NCBI GenBank assembly: GCA_963725865.1
Contig: CAVSAC010000014.1
Coordinates: forward strand, 1,152,001 to 1,216,000
Direction of reading: 5' to 3'
DNA length: 64,000 nt
Source: Candidatus Eiseniibacteriota bacterium
GTDB lineage: Bacteria > Eisenbacteria > RBG-16-71-46
A program made the translations under genes and the position numbers. The notes beneath the pieces are model-generated. The model did no database searches, was not told the origin of the DNA, and worked only from the letters and a program-made list of their open reading frames with translations. Positions 1 to 8,799 of the stretch are shown here, in pieces (positions within the stretch are counted from its first letter, which is position 1; every line of letters starts with the position of its first letter).

Positions 1-2
1 AG

Positions 3-1646
3 GACTTCTGCGAGCTGGACGTGGCCGGCTGTCCGCCCGATCGCACGCGCCCCGTACCCGATCCGTATCGCGGGATGGGCTATCGCGCACGCAGCCCGCT
101 CGGCGCGTGGACCAACTTCGGCAAGGTGCAGGACCCCGACCTGCGGCAGGGTTGCTGCCCGACCGAGCTGTTCGGCGGCTTCGGGACCATGGCGATGACG
201 GCCGGCGGCCGGATCGCGATCGCGCAGCACCTCAACGAGGACGGTTGCGACCTGCGCGGCAACTTCTACCTGCAGGACGCGCCGGGCGCTTCGACGTGGA
301 CCGGCTACCTCACCCCGATCAACAGCCCCTCGTACCTGTTCCCGCAGGTGTCGTCGAACGCCGACGGCTCGTTCACGGTGCTCGCCGAGGTTCCGCTCGC
401 GGGCTCGTACCTCGAGACCCAGGCGATCGCGGTCAGCCACGTCCCGGCGAACAAGGTCGGCACGCTGTTCACCTGCCCGGTCGGCTGGCAGGCCAACGCG
501 TGGACCTCGATCATCCCGACCACGTTCTTCCGTGACGGACTGCCGGCGTTCCCGCACATCGCGGCCTCGCCGAACGGCCGCGTGGGGGTCGCGGTCGGCG
601 ACTTCGGCGGCAACGTCTACCTCGTCGAGTCCTCGAACGGCTCGTTCGCGGCCGGCACGATCACGATCCGGAATCTCACGAACTACGCCGACGCTCAGGT
701 CACCGTGTCGGACTCGACCTCGACCCAGTACCGCGCCTACGTGAACTGCCACCTCGCCTACAACGACACCACCCCGAACGTGGTGTGGAGCGAGCTGCAG
801 GCACGCAAGAGCGGCAGCACGGTCGTGTTCCTCGACTACCACTCGCGCATCGTCCACTGGGACCCGATCCACGGAAAGACGGTGGTGAAGCAGGTGCAGG
901 CCGGCGAGGGCGACCGCTTCGACGACGTGGACCAGGGACTCTCGGGCCCGCTGCCCGGCTTCAACACGCTCGCGGTGGACTGGCCGCAGGTCGGCTTCTC
1001 GCCCGACGGCTCCGAGACCTACGTGACGTGGCTGCGAGCGAGCGACGCCGAGATCGACGCCACCGCCGACATGGGGCTGCCCGGCATCGTGACCGGCGTG
1101 GCGTTCCTGGACATCGCGGCAAGCGTGCGCGGGCCGAGCGGAGTGTGGAGCGCGGCGCAGAACCTGACGCAGACGCCGCAGACGGATGAGCGCTTCGCGG
1201 CGCTCGCCGCGCGCGACGCGGACGGCAAGGCGCACGTGGTGTTCAGCGCCTCGGCCACGAACCAGGCGGGCAACGTGGTGATCGGCGACCGCGGCACTAC
1301 GCCGGGTAACGTGCTGCGCCGGATCGGCTATCTCGAGGTGCCGTTCAGCGGCTCGACCGTGTCGGTCGGCGACGCTCCGGCCACGTCGGCGCCGGCGCTG
1401 CGCGCGGCCCCGAATCCCGCGCACGGGCGCGTGACGTTCTCGCTGCCGGCGCGGGCGCCGGAGACTCGATTCGTGGAGGTGTTCGCGGTGACCGGGCGCC
1501 GGGTGGCGCGGGTCGCCGTGGTGGGTGGACAGGCCGTGTGGGATGGGCGCGATGCCGAGGGACGGTCGGTAGCGACCGGCGTCTACTGGGCTCGCCGGAT
1601 GGGAGGAAGGGAGGAGGCCGGGACCCGGTTCTTGCTGTTGCATTGA
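3..1646 (+). CDS. Secreted protein, 5' partial, with C-terminal FlgD-Ig/T9SS type A-like sorting domain
   Basis: Frame is open from the window edge with strong GC3 bias; C-terminus APNPAHGRVTFSLP...VEVFAVTGRRVARV...WDGRDAEGRSVATGVYWAR...RFLLLH. Confidence 0.8.
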   Translation, partial: DFCELDVAGCPPDRTRPVPDPYRGMGYRARSPLGAWTNFGKVQDPDLRQGCCPTELFGGFGTMAMTAGGRIAIAQHLNEDGCDLRGNFYLQDAPGASTWTGYLTPINSPSYLFPQVSSNADGSFTVLAEVPLAGSYLETQAIAVSHVPANKVGTLFTCPVGWQANAWTSIIPTTFFRDGLPAFPHIAASPNGRVGVAVGDFGGNVYLVESSNGSFAAGTITIRNLTNYADAQVTVSDSTSTQYRAYVNCHLAYNDTTPNVVWSELQARKSGSTVVFLDYHSRIVHWDPIHGKTVVKQVQAGEGDRFDDVDQGLSGPLPGFNTLAVDWPQVGFSPDGSETYVTWLRASDAEIDATADMGLPGIVTGVAFLDIAASVRGPSGVWSAAQNLTQTPQTDERFAALAARDADGKAHVVFSASATNQAGNVVIGDRGTTPGNVLRRIGYLEVPFSGSTVSVGDAPATSAPALRAAPNPAHGRVTFSLPARAPETRFVEVFAVTGRRVARVAVVGGQAVWDGRDAEGRSVATGVYWARRMGGREEAGTRFLLLH

Positions 1647-1725
1647 CGCTCACGAGGTCCGCCGCCGGCATGGATCCGGCAGGCGTCATCCATATCGCAC
1701 GACGCGACATCTTTGGAGACCGCAC

Positions 1726-2520
1726 ATGAAGACCGCTACCACGTTCGTCCTGGCGCTGACCGGGATCCTGCTGATCGGCTCCACCGCTTCCGCCCAGATC
1801 CAGCCCGTGCTCTACGAGCGCGTGCCGGGCGGCGTCATGGAGCACACCTGGATCGGCGGCTTCGGCACGCCGAGCCACTTCCTGCAGCCCCTCACGCTCA
1901 CGCCCGACTCCGCGGGCTACGCGAATCCTTCGGGCGACCACACGGTGGCGGTCGCCACGAACGCCATCCCCGACAGCGGCGGCATCGTCCTGACCGTGAC
2001 CGACCCCGGTCCCTACACCGCGGACTACATCTGGGAAGGCTGGATGTTCACCGGCCAGAACAACACGCGGCGCGGCCTGCTGCTGCGCGGCGACCCGACC
2101 AACGACTTCACGTCCTGCTACCAGTTCGTCGTGCAGTCGGGCGGCTTCGCCATCAACTTCCGCCGCCTCATCAACCAGACGCCGACCACGCTGGGCACGT
2201 GGAACGCGCTGGCGCTCGGGTACGCGGGATCGCTGCCGAACGACACCTGGGTGCACATGAAGGTCATGGCGTCCGGCGCGAGCTTCCGCTGCTTCATGTC
2301 GGACCTCGCGGGCCAGGACGTCGAGCTGACGCAGACCGCCGGCGTCTCGACCCCGATCGTGGACGCCTCCCCGCTGCTCACGGGCTGGCCGGGTGTCTAC
2401 AACTTCCGCTTCGACCTCGGCAACGTGCCGGTGTACTTCGACGACCTCACGCTGTCGGCCGATCCGACGACGCCGGCGAGCACGGTGTCGTTCGGCGCAC
2501 TGAAGGTGCGCTACCGGTAG
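1726..2520 (+). CDS. Secreted hypothetical protein (beta-rich, possibly lectin/LamG-like) with short C-terminal ...SFGALKVRYR motif
   Basis: GGAG RBS; signal peptide MKTATTFVLALTGILLIGSTASA; typical codon bias. Confidence 0.8.
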   Translation: MKTATTFVLALTGILLIGSTASAQIQPVLYERVPGGVMEHTWIGGFGTPSHFLQPLTLTPDSAGYANPSGDHTVAVATNAIPDSGGIVLTVTDPGPYTADYIWEGWMFTGQNNTRRGLLLRGDPTNDFTSCYQFVVQSGGFAINFRRLINQTPTTLGTWNALALGYAGSLPNDTWVHMKVMASGASFRCFMSDLAGQDVELTQTAGVSTPIVDASPLLTGWPGVYNFRFDLGNVPVYFDDLTLSADPTTPASTVSFGALKVRYR

Positions 2521-2561
2521 CAGCGACGACACGATGCCGCGCGGGAAGCCCCGCGCACGCG

Positions 2562-2591
2562 CGAGGCCCCGGTGATCGCACCGGGGCCTCG
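2562..2591 (+). terminator. 13-bp perfect hairpin downstream of 1726..2520
   Basis: cgaggccccggtg-atcg-caccggggcctcg; no U-tract. Confidence 0.5.
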
Positions 2592-3081
2592 TCGCGTCCG
2601 CCAGGAAGGCGGGGGCAACCGCGCTCGCGCCGGACGAGCATGCGGCGGGTCCTTCGCGGCAGTCGTCGAACGGGCGGACGCAGAACTCGTGCGCGCCACC
2701 CGCGCCCTGCCGGACGGCGCACGTCGTGGCATCCGCGGCCACCGTGCTCACGAGCACGCCGTCCCGATACACGTGGTATCCACTCTCGCCGGCGATGTCC
2801 GACCAGCTCAGCCTCACCTCGCAGCGCTGGTCGCTCGACGCGGTGACCGGCGCGGCGCTCGCGATCGGGGCGCACGCGGCCTCCGCCTCGGAGGGATCCG
2901 ACGCGGAGCTACAACCGGGGTCGCATCCGAAGTCCACACAGCCGTCGCCGTCGTTGTCCACGCCGTCCCCGCACGCCGCGGTGTTGCACTCGGATTCGCC
3001 ACCGCCCGGGAGCCCGCCGATGTTCACCGCGCCCAGCCCGACGGCGGCGATGCTCGAATAGGTGACATCGCCGCGACACAC
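2592..3081 (-). pseudogene. Remnant of a Cys-rich surface protein (CGDGVDNDGDGCVD metal-binding-like motif plus fibronectin III-like domain)
   Basis: Translation ...CGDGVDNDGDGCVDFGCDPGC...VRLSWSDIAGESGYHVYRDGVLV...; no credible start, signal peptide or nearby stop. Confidence 0.55.
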
Positions 3082-3117
3082 GAGGTGGTGTGGCCCCGAG
3101 TTGGTGCGGCGCGCGCG

Positions 3118-5046
3118 CTAGCCGCGCTTCGCGGTCCGCTTGCGGCTCATCGATACGCGCCGGGGAGCCGGCCGCGACTTCCGCCCCGCAGCCGACTTCG
3201 GCGCACGCCGGGCGGCGGCGCGCGCACGCCGGGGCGTCGGCCTGGTGGTCCGCCCGGCGCCGGCGTCCGCGCGTTTCGCCGCGTCCACCAGCGCCTTCGG
3301 CACTCGCACCTCCATCGCCAGCAGCGCGTGCGAGAGCGTCTTGCCCTGCGGGTCGAAGCGCAGCGAGACCGTGCCGCCGCCGCCCAGCGACTCGTGCAGC
3401 AGGAAGTTCAGCGCCCACAGGTTCGGCACCTCGTGGCGCACCACCTTGCCGAAGCACACGCCCTGGAATCGCCGCTTCACCACCGCCGCCGTGAGCGTGC
3501 GCGCGAGCCACGGATAGAGCTCGGGAGCGCGCGCGATCACGCCGATGTTCGCGGTGTCGCCCTTGTCGCCGCTGCGACCGTGCGCGAGCACCGACAGCGG
3601 CACCGTCACGCGCGCGGCGGAGCCCTTGACCGCCGGCCACGCCGGCTTCGGCAGCGCCGCCGGCTTCGCCAGCGGCACGATCGGCGTCGGCCAGTCGAGC
3701 GCGCGCTCGCCGTCGCGGGTCACCAGCGTGGGCTTCACGCGCTCGCGCGGCACCAGCGCGGGCCAGTACGCCACCACCTCCTGCGCCTGCGGGCGGCCGC
3801 CGGTGACCGCGACCCCGGGCGGACCGGACAGGATCACCGCCGGCACCAGCTTCGAGAACTTCTCGATCTTGGCCTTGTCCGCGTCGCGCACCGAGAGGCG
3901 CAGCAGCACCTCCTGCGGCTCGCTGGGTGCCGCGACCGGACCCCAGCACGAGGAGTGGCCGACGAAGTCGGTGTAGGTCTCGGTGAACGTGAGCCCGAGG
4001 CGCTTCCAGAACAGGTCGGCGAACGCGTACGCCTTCTCGAGCGCGTCGGGCGCCGAGATGATGAGCGTGCCGCTCGCCTTCCAGCCGTCGAAGTACGACG
4101 CGCTCACCTTGAGGCTCGCCGGCGCGGGGCGGCCCTTCACGCCCCACACGCGCACGCGGTCACGGCCGGCCTGCTCGAGGCGGATGGTGCCGAAGTCGGC
4201 GATCACGTCCGGCGTGATGTAGGCGCGCGGGTCGCCCATCTCGTAGACCAGTTGCTCCTTCACCGTGCGCACCGTCACCGCGCCGCCGGTGCCGGCGTGC
4301 TTGGTCACCACGAACGAGCCGTCGGGCGATACCTCGAGCACCGGGTAGCCAATCGACTCGAACCGCCGGATGGAGCGCCAGTCGGTGAAGTTGCCGCCGG
4401 TGCTCTGCGCGCCGCACTCCACGATGTGCCCCGCGACGATGCCAGCCGCGAGCCGGTCCCAGTCGTCGGCCGCCCAGCCGAACGCGTGGATCATCGGCGC
4501 GAGCGTGATGCCGGTGTCGGTGCAGCGGCCGGTCACCACCACCTGCGCGCCGGTGCGCAGCGCCTCCACCACCGGCCACGCGCCGTAGTACGCGTTGGCC
4601 GACGACACGCGGTCGCGGATGCGCGCGAACGGCGCGCCGGTCTCCATGTCGTCGAGCGGCACGCCGGCGCTGTTCAGCTCGCCCAGCCGCTCCAGCAGGT
4701 CGTCGCCCACCACCGCCGCCACCTCGAGCGTGCGCCCGCGCTTCTGCGCCATCTCGAGCAGCGCGCCGCGGCAGCCGAGCGGATTGACGCCGCCGGCGTT
4801 CGTGATGGCGCGCGCGCCGCTCTTCGCCAGCAGGTCGAGCGACTCCTCGACCTGCATCACGAAGTCGCGCGCGTAGCCCGCCCGCGCGTCGCGGGCTCGC
4901 TGCTTTTGCATGATCGACATCGTGATCTCGGCCAGGAAGTCGAGCGTCACGTAGTCGACCGGGCCCAACTCGAGCTGGCGGCGGAACTGGGCGAGGTCGT
5001 CGCCCCAGTAGCCGCCGGCGTTGGCGATGCGGATCACGTCGGTCAT
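3118..5046 (-). CDS. atuA: Acyclic terpene utilization AtuA-family protein (two-domain form) with basic C-terminal tail
   Basis: MTDVIRIANAGGYWGDD...DFLAEITMSI; AGHIVECGAQSTGGNF; TVKEQLVYEMGDP; AHGRSGDKGDTANIGVIAR; DPQGK. Confidence 0.85.
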   Translation of the reverse strand: MTDVIRIANAGGYWGDDLAQFRRQLELGPVDYVTLDFLAEITMSIMQKQRARDARAGYARDFVMQVEESLDLLAKSGARAITNAGGVNPLGCRGALLEMAQKRGRTLEVAAVVGDDLLERLGELNSAGVPLDDMETGAPFARIRDRVSSANAYYGAWPVVEALRTGAQVVVTGRCTDTGITLAPMIHAFGWAADDWDRLAAGIVAGHIVECGAQSTGGNFTDWRSIRRFESIGYPVLEVSPDGSFVVTKHAGTGGAVTVRTVKEQLVYEMGDPRAYITPDVIADFGTIRLEQAGRDRVRVWGVKGRPAPASLKVSASYFDGWKASGTLIISAPDALEKAYAFADLFWKRLGLTFTETYTDFVGHSSCWGPVAAPSEPQEVLLRLSVRDADKAKIEKFSKLVPAVILSGPPGVAVTGGRPQAQEVVAYWPALVPRERVKPTLVTRDGERALDWPTPIVPLAKPAALPKPAWPAVKGSAARVTVPLSVLAHGRSGDKGDTANIGVIARAPELYPWLARTLTAAVVKRRFQGVCFGKVVRHEVPNLWALNFLLHESLGGGGTVSLRFDPQGKTLSHALLAMEVRVPKALVDAAKRADAGAGRTTRPTPRRARAAARRAPKSAAGRKSRPAPRRVSMSRKRTAKRG

Positions 5047-5589
5047 GGCGATGGTCCCGGAGTCGGGGGTGGGGCCACGCGGCGCGCGCGGCCGGCGAGT
5101 GCAAACGCACGCTCCCACGCGCGGCCGGGGAGCGTCAACCGGCGAGTCGCGGCGGCGCCGCTCGCGATGTGCGCCTCGCGGCGCGCGGGGGCGCGCGTGG
5201 CGCTGCGGCCTGCCGTGCGTTCGCGCGTCGCGGATCCCCGCCGTCGCGCAGGTGAGTCGCGACCACGCGATGGACTCCGCGAACGGGGCGATCACCGATC
5301 TCGGATTCCGCAACTGAGCGCTCCGCGCCGGGCGCTCCGCGGTCTGCCGGATGGCGCTCCGGGCGGGCCCGCTCCAGGCCGGGACCGCCTCCGGAACCCG
5401 CGCGAGTCGGGCCCGGCGGGGCGCTGCGTCCATCCGAACCCGCCGGGAGGGCGGCCGCGGCGCCGTCTGGAGCGGAAAATCGTTGCTCCAGCGCGTCGGC
5501 CCGCCTAACGTTGTCGCGCGCCGAGTTCGCCGGCGCACCAGCGCTCGGGCGTGGCCGCACCCCGATCCCCCCTCGGAGGTGGTGTGTCC

Positions 5590-7230
5590 ATGTCGGGAGG
5601 AAGCCCGTCTCACGCGGCCAGGATGTCCGCCCCGGCCCCGTGGCCCGGGCGGATCGCCGACCTGCTGCTCGCCTCCGCGCTGCTCTACGGACTGCTCACC
5701 GCCGCATTGCGACCCTTCGACGCGCTGCTGCAGCGCTCGTTCGACGACGCGTTCTACTACTCGCGCATCGCCGACAACCTCGCGCGCGGGCTCGGCTCCA
5801 CGTTCGACGGCCTCCATCCCACGAACGGCTACCAGCCGCTCTGGCAGTGGCTGCTGGTGCCGATCTTCAGCGCGAAGGGCTGGAGTCTCGAGACGCTCTA
5901 CCGGCTGCAGCTCGCCGCGCAGGTACCGGTGCTCGCGCTGGCGGGGCTCGCGGTCCGCCGCCTGCTGCGCACGTTCGTCGGCGGCTGGCCGGCCTGCGCG
6001 GGGATGGCGCTGTTCGCGTTCCTGGTCGTGCACCCATGCTTCAACGGCATGGAGACCGCGCTCCAGGTGCTGGCGCTCGCGCTGCTGCCGGCGTACGCGT
6101 GGCAGTCGCGCGCGCTCGCGGGCGGCGGGACGCGCGCGGTGTTCGGGCTCGGGATGCTGATCGGGCTCGCCATGCTGGCGCGACTCGACCTGGTGTTCCT
6201 GCCGCTGCTGCTCGGCATCGTGGCCGCGGCGCAGTGGCTGGCCGGCCGCCGCCCGCGCGGCGAGGTCGTGCGCGAGACCGTCGCGCTCATGGGCGGCGTC
6301 GCGCTGGTCATGGCACCCTACCTGCTCTGGAATCGCTGGGCGTTCGGCGCGGCGATGCCGATCAGCGGGATGCTCAAGACCAGCTTCCCCGTCGTGCACG
6401 TGGTGGCGACCCCGCCGGCACGACTCGGCGTGCGCGGGATGATCCACCTGGTGCTCGCGGTGGCCGTGATGGTGGTGGGGGCGCTCGGGGTCAGCCGCGA
6501 GGTCGCCGATCCGGCGCGCCGCTTCTGGCACTCGGTGCTCGCGATCGCGGCCGGCACCATGATCCTGCACCTGACCTACTCCACGCTGTTCATGGGCTGG
6601 GGCGTGTTCCGGTGGCACTTCCTCTGGTACGCCCTGGTGTCGAGCCTCGTGGTGCCGGAGGGCCTGCGGATGGTGGCGGCGTGGCTGCGCAGTGGCTCCG
6701 CGGCCGCGGCGCGCTGGAGCGAGGTGCCGGCCGCGGCGCTGGTCGTGCTGGTCGCGCTCGCGGGCACTCGCGAAGTGCTCGTGAAGGACTTCGCGCCCCT
6801 GCCGTACAACTGGCACGAAGCGGCCTACGACGCCAGCCTGTGGACCCGCGCGCACCTGCCGCCCGACGCGGTGATGGCGATGAACGACGCGGGATTGTTC
6901 GGGTACTTCAGCGACCGCCGGGTGGTGAACATGGACGGGGTCGTGAACAACCTCGAGTACCAGCGCGAGCTGAAGGCCGGCCGGCTCGGCGCGTACCTGC
7001 GCCAGGCCGGCGTGCGCTACGTGGTCAAGCACGACTTCGGCGACGTGGACTGGGGCGGCAGCGTGGACATCCACGCCTACCAGCACACCCCCTACCGGGT
7101 GCTGAGCCACCTCTACAACGCCTGGAGCGACACGCTGTGGCTGGACCGCTCGCGCGAGCTGTGGCGCTCGCGCGAGTTCCGCGACCAGGGCAAGAACGTC
7201 GTGTTCGCGATCTGGGAGCTGGAGCACTGA
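5590..7230 (+). CDS. Multi-pass membrane glycosyltransferase, GT-C/ArnT-like (start uncertain)
   Basis: DDAFYYSRIADNL...TFDGLHPTNGYQPLW; NGMET; many TM helices; C-terminal DAGLFGYFSDRRVVNMDGVVNN. Confidence 0.75.
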   Translation: MSGGSPSHAARMSAPAPWPGRIADLLLASALLYGLLTAALRPFDALLQRSFDDAFYYSRIADNLARGLGSTFDGLHPTNGYQPLWQWLLVPIFSAKGWSLETLYRLQLAAQVPVLALAGLAVRRLLRTFVGGWPACAGMALFAFLVVHPCFNGMETALQVLALALLPAYAWQSRALAGGGTRAVFGLGMLIGLAMLARLDLVFLPLLLGIVAAAQWLAGRRPRGEVVRETVALMGGVALVMAPYLLWNRWAFGAAMPISGMLKTSFPVVHVVATPPARLGVRGMIHLVLAVAVMVVGALGVSREVADPARRFWHSVLAIAAGTMILHLTYSTLFMGWGVFRWHFLWYALVSSLVVPEGLRMVAAWLRSGSAAAARWSEVPAAALVVLVALAGTREVLVKDFAPLPYNWHEAAYDASLWTRAHLPPDAVMAMNDAGLFGYFSDRRVVNMDGVVNNLEYQRELKAGRLGAYLRQAGVRYVVKHDFGDVDWGGSVDIHAYQHTPYRVLSHLYNAWSDTLWLDRSRELWRSREFRDQGKNVVFAIWELEH

Positions 7231-7245
7231 GGCGCCCGCCGGCCA

Positions 7246-7274
7246 TTGCCCGGCCCCGGAGCGCGTGCTAGGTT
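7246..7274 (+). promoter_or_regulatory. Putative sigma70 promoter for the bioY operon
   Basis: TTGCCC-17 nt-TAGGTT with TG extension. Confidence 0.45.
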
Positions 7275-7351
7275 GCGTCCCATCGCACGCCCATCGGCTC
7301 GCCCTCCGGCCCTGCCGCGCCGAGGGCTCCTCCGGACTCCATGAGGTGCCC

Positions 7352-7942
7352 ATGATCTCGACCAGCCGCACGCTGACTCTCGCCGACGTCGCCCTGCCGC
7401 GCGCCGGCGCGGTCCAGCAGGTCCTGCTCGTCCTCGGCGCCAGCGTGCTGACGGCACTCGCCGCGCAGCTCGAGGTGCGGCTGCCGTGGTCGCCGGTCCC
7501 GGTCACCGGGCAGACGTTCGCCGTGCTGCTGGCCGGCGCGGTGCTGGGCGCGCGCCGCGGCGCGCTCGCGCAGGTGCTCTACCTGGCGCAGGGTGCCGCC
7601 GGGCTGCCGGTGTTCGCGGGCGCCGCCGCGGGCGCCGCGGTGTTCGCCGGGCCCACCGCCGGCTACCTGGTGGCGTTCCCCGCCGCCGCGTGGGTCACCG
7701 GCGCGCTCGCCGAGCGCGGCTGGGATCGCCGCTTCCTCACGATGGTGGCGGCGATGCTGCTCGGCAGCGCGGTGATCTTCGCGAGCGGGCTCGCGTGGCT
7801 GTCGCTGTTCATGCCGCGCGCGCAGCTGCTGGCGGCCGGCCTGTTGCCGTTCGTCCCCGGCGACCTGGTGAAGTCGGCCCTCGCCGCGCTGGTGTTCCCG
7901 CGCGTTTGGCGGCTCGCACGGCGAGGTGGGATGTCCGCGTGA
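7352..7942 (+). CDS. bioY: Biotin transporter BioY
   Basis: PVPVTGQTFAVLLAGAVLG; GLPVFAG; GPTAGYL; PFVPGDLVK. Confidence 0.92.
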   Translation: MISTSRTLTLADVALPRAGAVQQVLLVLGASVLTALAAQLEVRLPWSPVPVTGQTFAVLLAGAVLGARRGALAQVLYLAQGAAGLPVFAGAAAGAAVFAGPTAGYLVAFPAAAWVTGALAERGWDRRFLTMVAAMLLGSAVIFASGLAWLSLFMPRAQLLAAGLLPFVPGDLVKSALAALVFPRVWRLARRGGMSA

Positions 7943-8799
7943 CGGTCCGCACCATCGGCGTGCTGGGCGCCGGCCTGATGGGCCGGGGCATCGCGTACGT
8001 CGCGGCGCTGGGTGGGTTCGCGACGCGCCTGCAGGACACGAACGCCGACGCGCTCGCGCGCGCCGCCGCCGAGATCCACGCGATCCTCGACCAGGGTGTC
8101 GCGGCGGGCAAGGTGACCGCGGATGCCGCCGCCGCGGCGAAGCGCCAGCTCACCACCGCGGCCACGCTCGAGGCCGCCGCGCGCGGCGCCGATCTGGTGA
8201 TCGAGGCGGTGCCCGAGCGCATCGAGCTCAAGCTCGAGGTGTTCGCCGCGCTCGACCGCGCGGCGCCGGCGCACGCGCTGCTGGCGTCCAACACCTCGTC
8301 GCTCTCGATCACCGAGATGGCGGCCGCGACCGCCCGCCCCCGGCAGGTGGTGGGCATGCACTTCTTCAATCCGGTCCATCGCATGCGGCTGCTCGAGGTG
8401 GTGCGCGCGCTCGAGAGCAGCGACGAGGCGGTCGCCGCCGCCTGCGAGGTGGGCCGCGCGATGGGCAAGGAGTGCGTGGTGGTTCGCGAATCGCCCGGGT
8501 TCGTGACCAGCCGCATCAACGCGATGATCGGCAACGAGGCGTTCCACATGCTGCAGGAGGGCGTGGCGAGCGCGCGCGACATCGACCAGGCGCTCAAGCT
8601 CGGACTCAATCACCCGATGGGCCCGTTCGAGCTCGTGGACCTGGTGGGCCTCGACACGCGGCTCGCGATCCTGCGCTTCCTCCACCGCACGCTCGGGGAG
8701 AAGTTCCGCCCGTGCCCGCTGATGGAGCAATACGTCGCCGCCGGCCGGCTGGGTCGCAAGGTCGGGCGCGGCGTGTACGACTACGAGGGCTCGGCATGA
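7939..8799 (+). CDS. 3-hydroxyacyl-CoA dehydrogenase (Hbd/PaaH-like)
   Basis: GAGLMGRG Rossmann motif; EAVPE; SNTSSLSI; GMHFFNPV; PMGPFELVDLVGLD; GTGA overlap with bioY. Confidence 0.93.
   Translation: MTVRTIGVLGAGLMGRGIAYVAALGGFATRLQDTNADALARAAAEIHAILDQGVAAGKVTADAAAAAKRQLTTAATLEAAARGADLVIEAVPERIELKLEVFAALDRAAPAHALLASNTSSLSITEMAAATARPRQVVGMHFFNPVHRMRLLEVVRALESSDEAVAAACEVGRAMGKECVVVRESPGFVTSRINAMIGNEAFHMLQEGVASARDIDQALKLGLNHPMGPFELVDLVGLDTRLAILRFLHRTLGEKFRPCPLMEQYVAAGRLGRKVGRGVYDYEGSA

Noticed and set aside
5310..5490. Repeated cgctcc hexamers and a small ctggagc/gctccag hairpin
   Set aside because: Irregular spacing and short length; not a CRISPR or iteron array, and no RNA family recognised
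2572..5508. Very long alternative-frame ORFs (2572..5508, 27060..30707, 53875..56796 and many others)
   Set aside because: Arg/Ala/Gly-rich shadow ORFs overlapping recognisable genes; expected when stop codons are rare at high GC
5047..7506. Apparent 1462-aa AtuA fusion
   Set aside because: The N-terminal 820 aa are the antisense of the glycosyltransferase and intergenic DNA; AtuA homology starts at 5046
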